From Fidelibacterota bacterium (GTDB taxonomy: Bacteria > Fidelibacterota > Marinisomatia > Marinisomatales > TCS56): a stretch of DNA of 34,695 nt. This document shows positions 33,349 through 34,695 of the stretch, one piece after another. Every line of letters begins with the position of its first letter. The first letter of the stretch is position 1. Under the pieces are notes generated by a model. It ran no database searches. It was not told the origin of the DNA and was given only the letters and a program-made list of their open reading frames with translations. Where the stretch lies: positions 1 through 34,695 of the forward strand of contig JBDRBK010000135.1 in the NCBI GenBank assembly GCA_043822705.1. The letters run 5' to 3'. The position numbers and the translations under genes are program-made.

Positions 33349-34695
33349 ATGCAGCACAAGAACGAAACGAAATTGAAAGAAAATACAACATCTACCGGTT
33401 TCTCAGGCGGTCAGCAGGTACTAATCGTTGAAGATGACCCCAATATACTGGCCCAGTTGGCGTTTCATCTGAACAGTGCCGGCTATCAGGTCGATACCGC
33501 CACCGACGGTGATGTCGCCATCAATAAAATTAATAATGACCAGAAATACGATCTGATCGTCCTGGATATCATGATGCCTCGGGTGACCGGGCTGGATGTC
33601 TGCCGGGCGGTCCGGAAGCAGTATAACCTTTACGAATTACCGATTCTGATTTCATCCGCTCTGTCGGAATCTCAGGATGTGGTCACCGGTCTGGAAACCG
33701 GGGCTAATGATTATATAACCAAGCCCTTTCAGCGAGTCGAACTGTTGGCCCGGGTAAAGAACCTGCTGTCGCTAAAACACATGAGCGATCTAGCGCGGGC
33801 TAATGAACAACTGGCCACCAACCGAGCCCTGTACGACGGGTTGACCGGGCTGCCCAACCGGACGTCGCTGTACGGCAAATTGCAGGAAGCGATCATCGAA
33901 GCCAATCGGGAGAATACGGCGATCGGGACGATTTTTGTCAATATCGACCGGTTCAAGTCCATCAATAATTCCATGGGCCATGCCGTTGGCGATATTTATC
34001 TGCGTGAAATCGGCCAGCGCCTGCGCGAGCATGCCGGCCCCAACGATATCGTGACGCGCTTGTACACCGATACATTCGCCGTCGTCAAACCACGGATCAA
34101 ACGGAATGGCCGGGAGAAGGTTATTCTGGCCGAATATGCCCAGGAAATTCTACAGTTGATCAATGAACCGATCATCGTAAATCAATACGAGTTGAGACGT
34201 ACCGCCGGTGTCGGTATTTCGCAATATCCGGAAGGCGCCCGTTCCGTTGATGAAATTCTACGTTTCGCCGATTCGGCTATGTACTATGCCAAGGCCAAGA
34301 GCACTAATTCCTTTATTTTTCACTCCAGCGAGGTGCATCTGAACGAAACCGAAAAATTCGCCCTCGAACGGAAAATCAAACAAGCCCTCAAGAATAATGA
34401 ATTTGTCATGTACTACCAGCCCCAGATTTCCGTAACCGACGAATCGATCGTCGGGGTGGAGGCGCTGATCCGCTGGAACCATCCCAAGGACGGCCTGATC
34501 TCGCCCACTAAATTCATTCCGGTAGCGGAAGAGACCGGCATGATTATTCCCCTCAGTCGCTGGGTTCTGGAAACCGCCGCCCGCCAGAACAAGACCTGGC
34601 AGAAGCTGGGCCTGAATCCGATTCGGGTCGGCGTTAATCTTTCACCCCAGCATTTTTACACACCGGGACTGATTGAACAGGTCGATGGAATAATC
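33349..34695 (+). CDS. REC-GGDEF(degenerate)-EAL protein, probable c-di-GMP phosphodiesterase; truncated by window end
   Basis: Not in the ORF track because no stop falls in the window. Hand translation: VLIVEDD...LDIMMP...DYITKPF (REC); YDGLTGLPNR...FVNIDRFK...GHAVGD...RLYTDTF (GGDEF-like); YYQPQ...GVEALIRWNHP...FIPVAEETG (EAL). Confidence 0.9.
   Translation, partial: MQHKNETKLKENTTSTGFSGGQQVLIVEDDPNILAQLAFHLNSAGYQVDTATDGDVAINKINNDQKYDLIVLDIMMPRVTGLDVCRAVRKQYNLYELPILISSALSESQDVVTGLETGANDYITKPFQRVELLARVKNLLSLKHMSDLARANEQLATNRALYDGLTGLPNRTSLYGKLQEAIIEANRENTAIGTIFVNIDRFKSINNSMGHAVGDIYLREIGQRLREHAGPNDIVTRLYTDTFAVVKPRIKRNGREKVILAEYAQEILQLINEPIIVNQYELRRTAGVGISQYPEGARSVDEILRFADSAMYYAKAKSTNSFIFHSSEVHLNETEKFALERKIKQALKNNEFVMYYQPQISVTDESIVGVEALIRWNHPKDGLISPTKFIPVAEETGMIIPLSRWVLETAARQNKTWQKLGLNPIRVGVNLSPQHFYTPGLIEQVDGII

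Noticed and set aside
1..34695. CRISPR arrays, tRNA or rRNA genes
   Set aside because: No regularly spaced direct repeats or cloverleaf/rRNA signatures were seen in the intergenic regions.

Overview
A 34.7-kb, mostly GC-rich chromosomal window from a Gram-negative FCB-group bacterium. The lineage is inferred from a YPNPFNP-type T9SS C-terminal sorting domain and is possibly Marinimicrobia/Fidelibacterota-like. From left to right it holds: (1) a very AT-rich orphan ORF whose stop codon lies in an integron attC-like site; (2) a TetR-autoregulated beta-oxidation operon (tetR-fadE-fadA-fadN, minus strand) with a visible promoter, operator and terminator; (3) a STAS/SEC14-like gene; (4) an acidic, internally duplicated T9SS cargo protein plus a putative outer-membrane barrel, behind a CRP/FNR-like site; (5) DUF2461, DDAH, a hypothetical gene and ygbA; (6) glutamate dehydrogenase followed by two coupled PEP-synthase-like ATP-grasp proteins that lack a pyruvate-binding domain, the best candidate for an uncharacterised system; (7) a DUF2271 protein with a flavinylation motif, btpA/sgcQ and ybjQ; (8) a five-gene operon of small secreted protein, Cys-rich lipoprotein, esterase, Ste24/M48 protease and S9 peptidase; (9) amrS-amrB; (10) GNAT, an internally deleted ferredoxin-NADP reductase pseudogene and a CMD gene; (11) a PAS/GAF histidine kinase and a REC-GGDEF(degenerate)-EAL gene running off the window end. 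No rRNA, tRNA or CRISPR array was seen. All family calls come from motif recognition by eye, not database searches.
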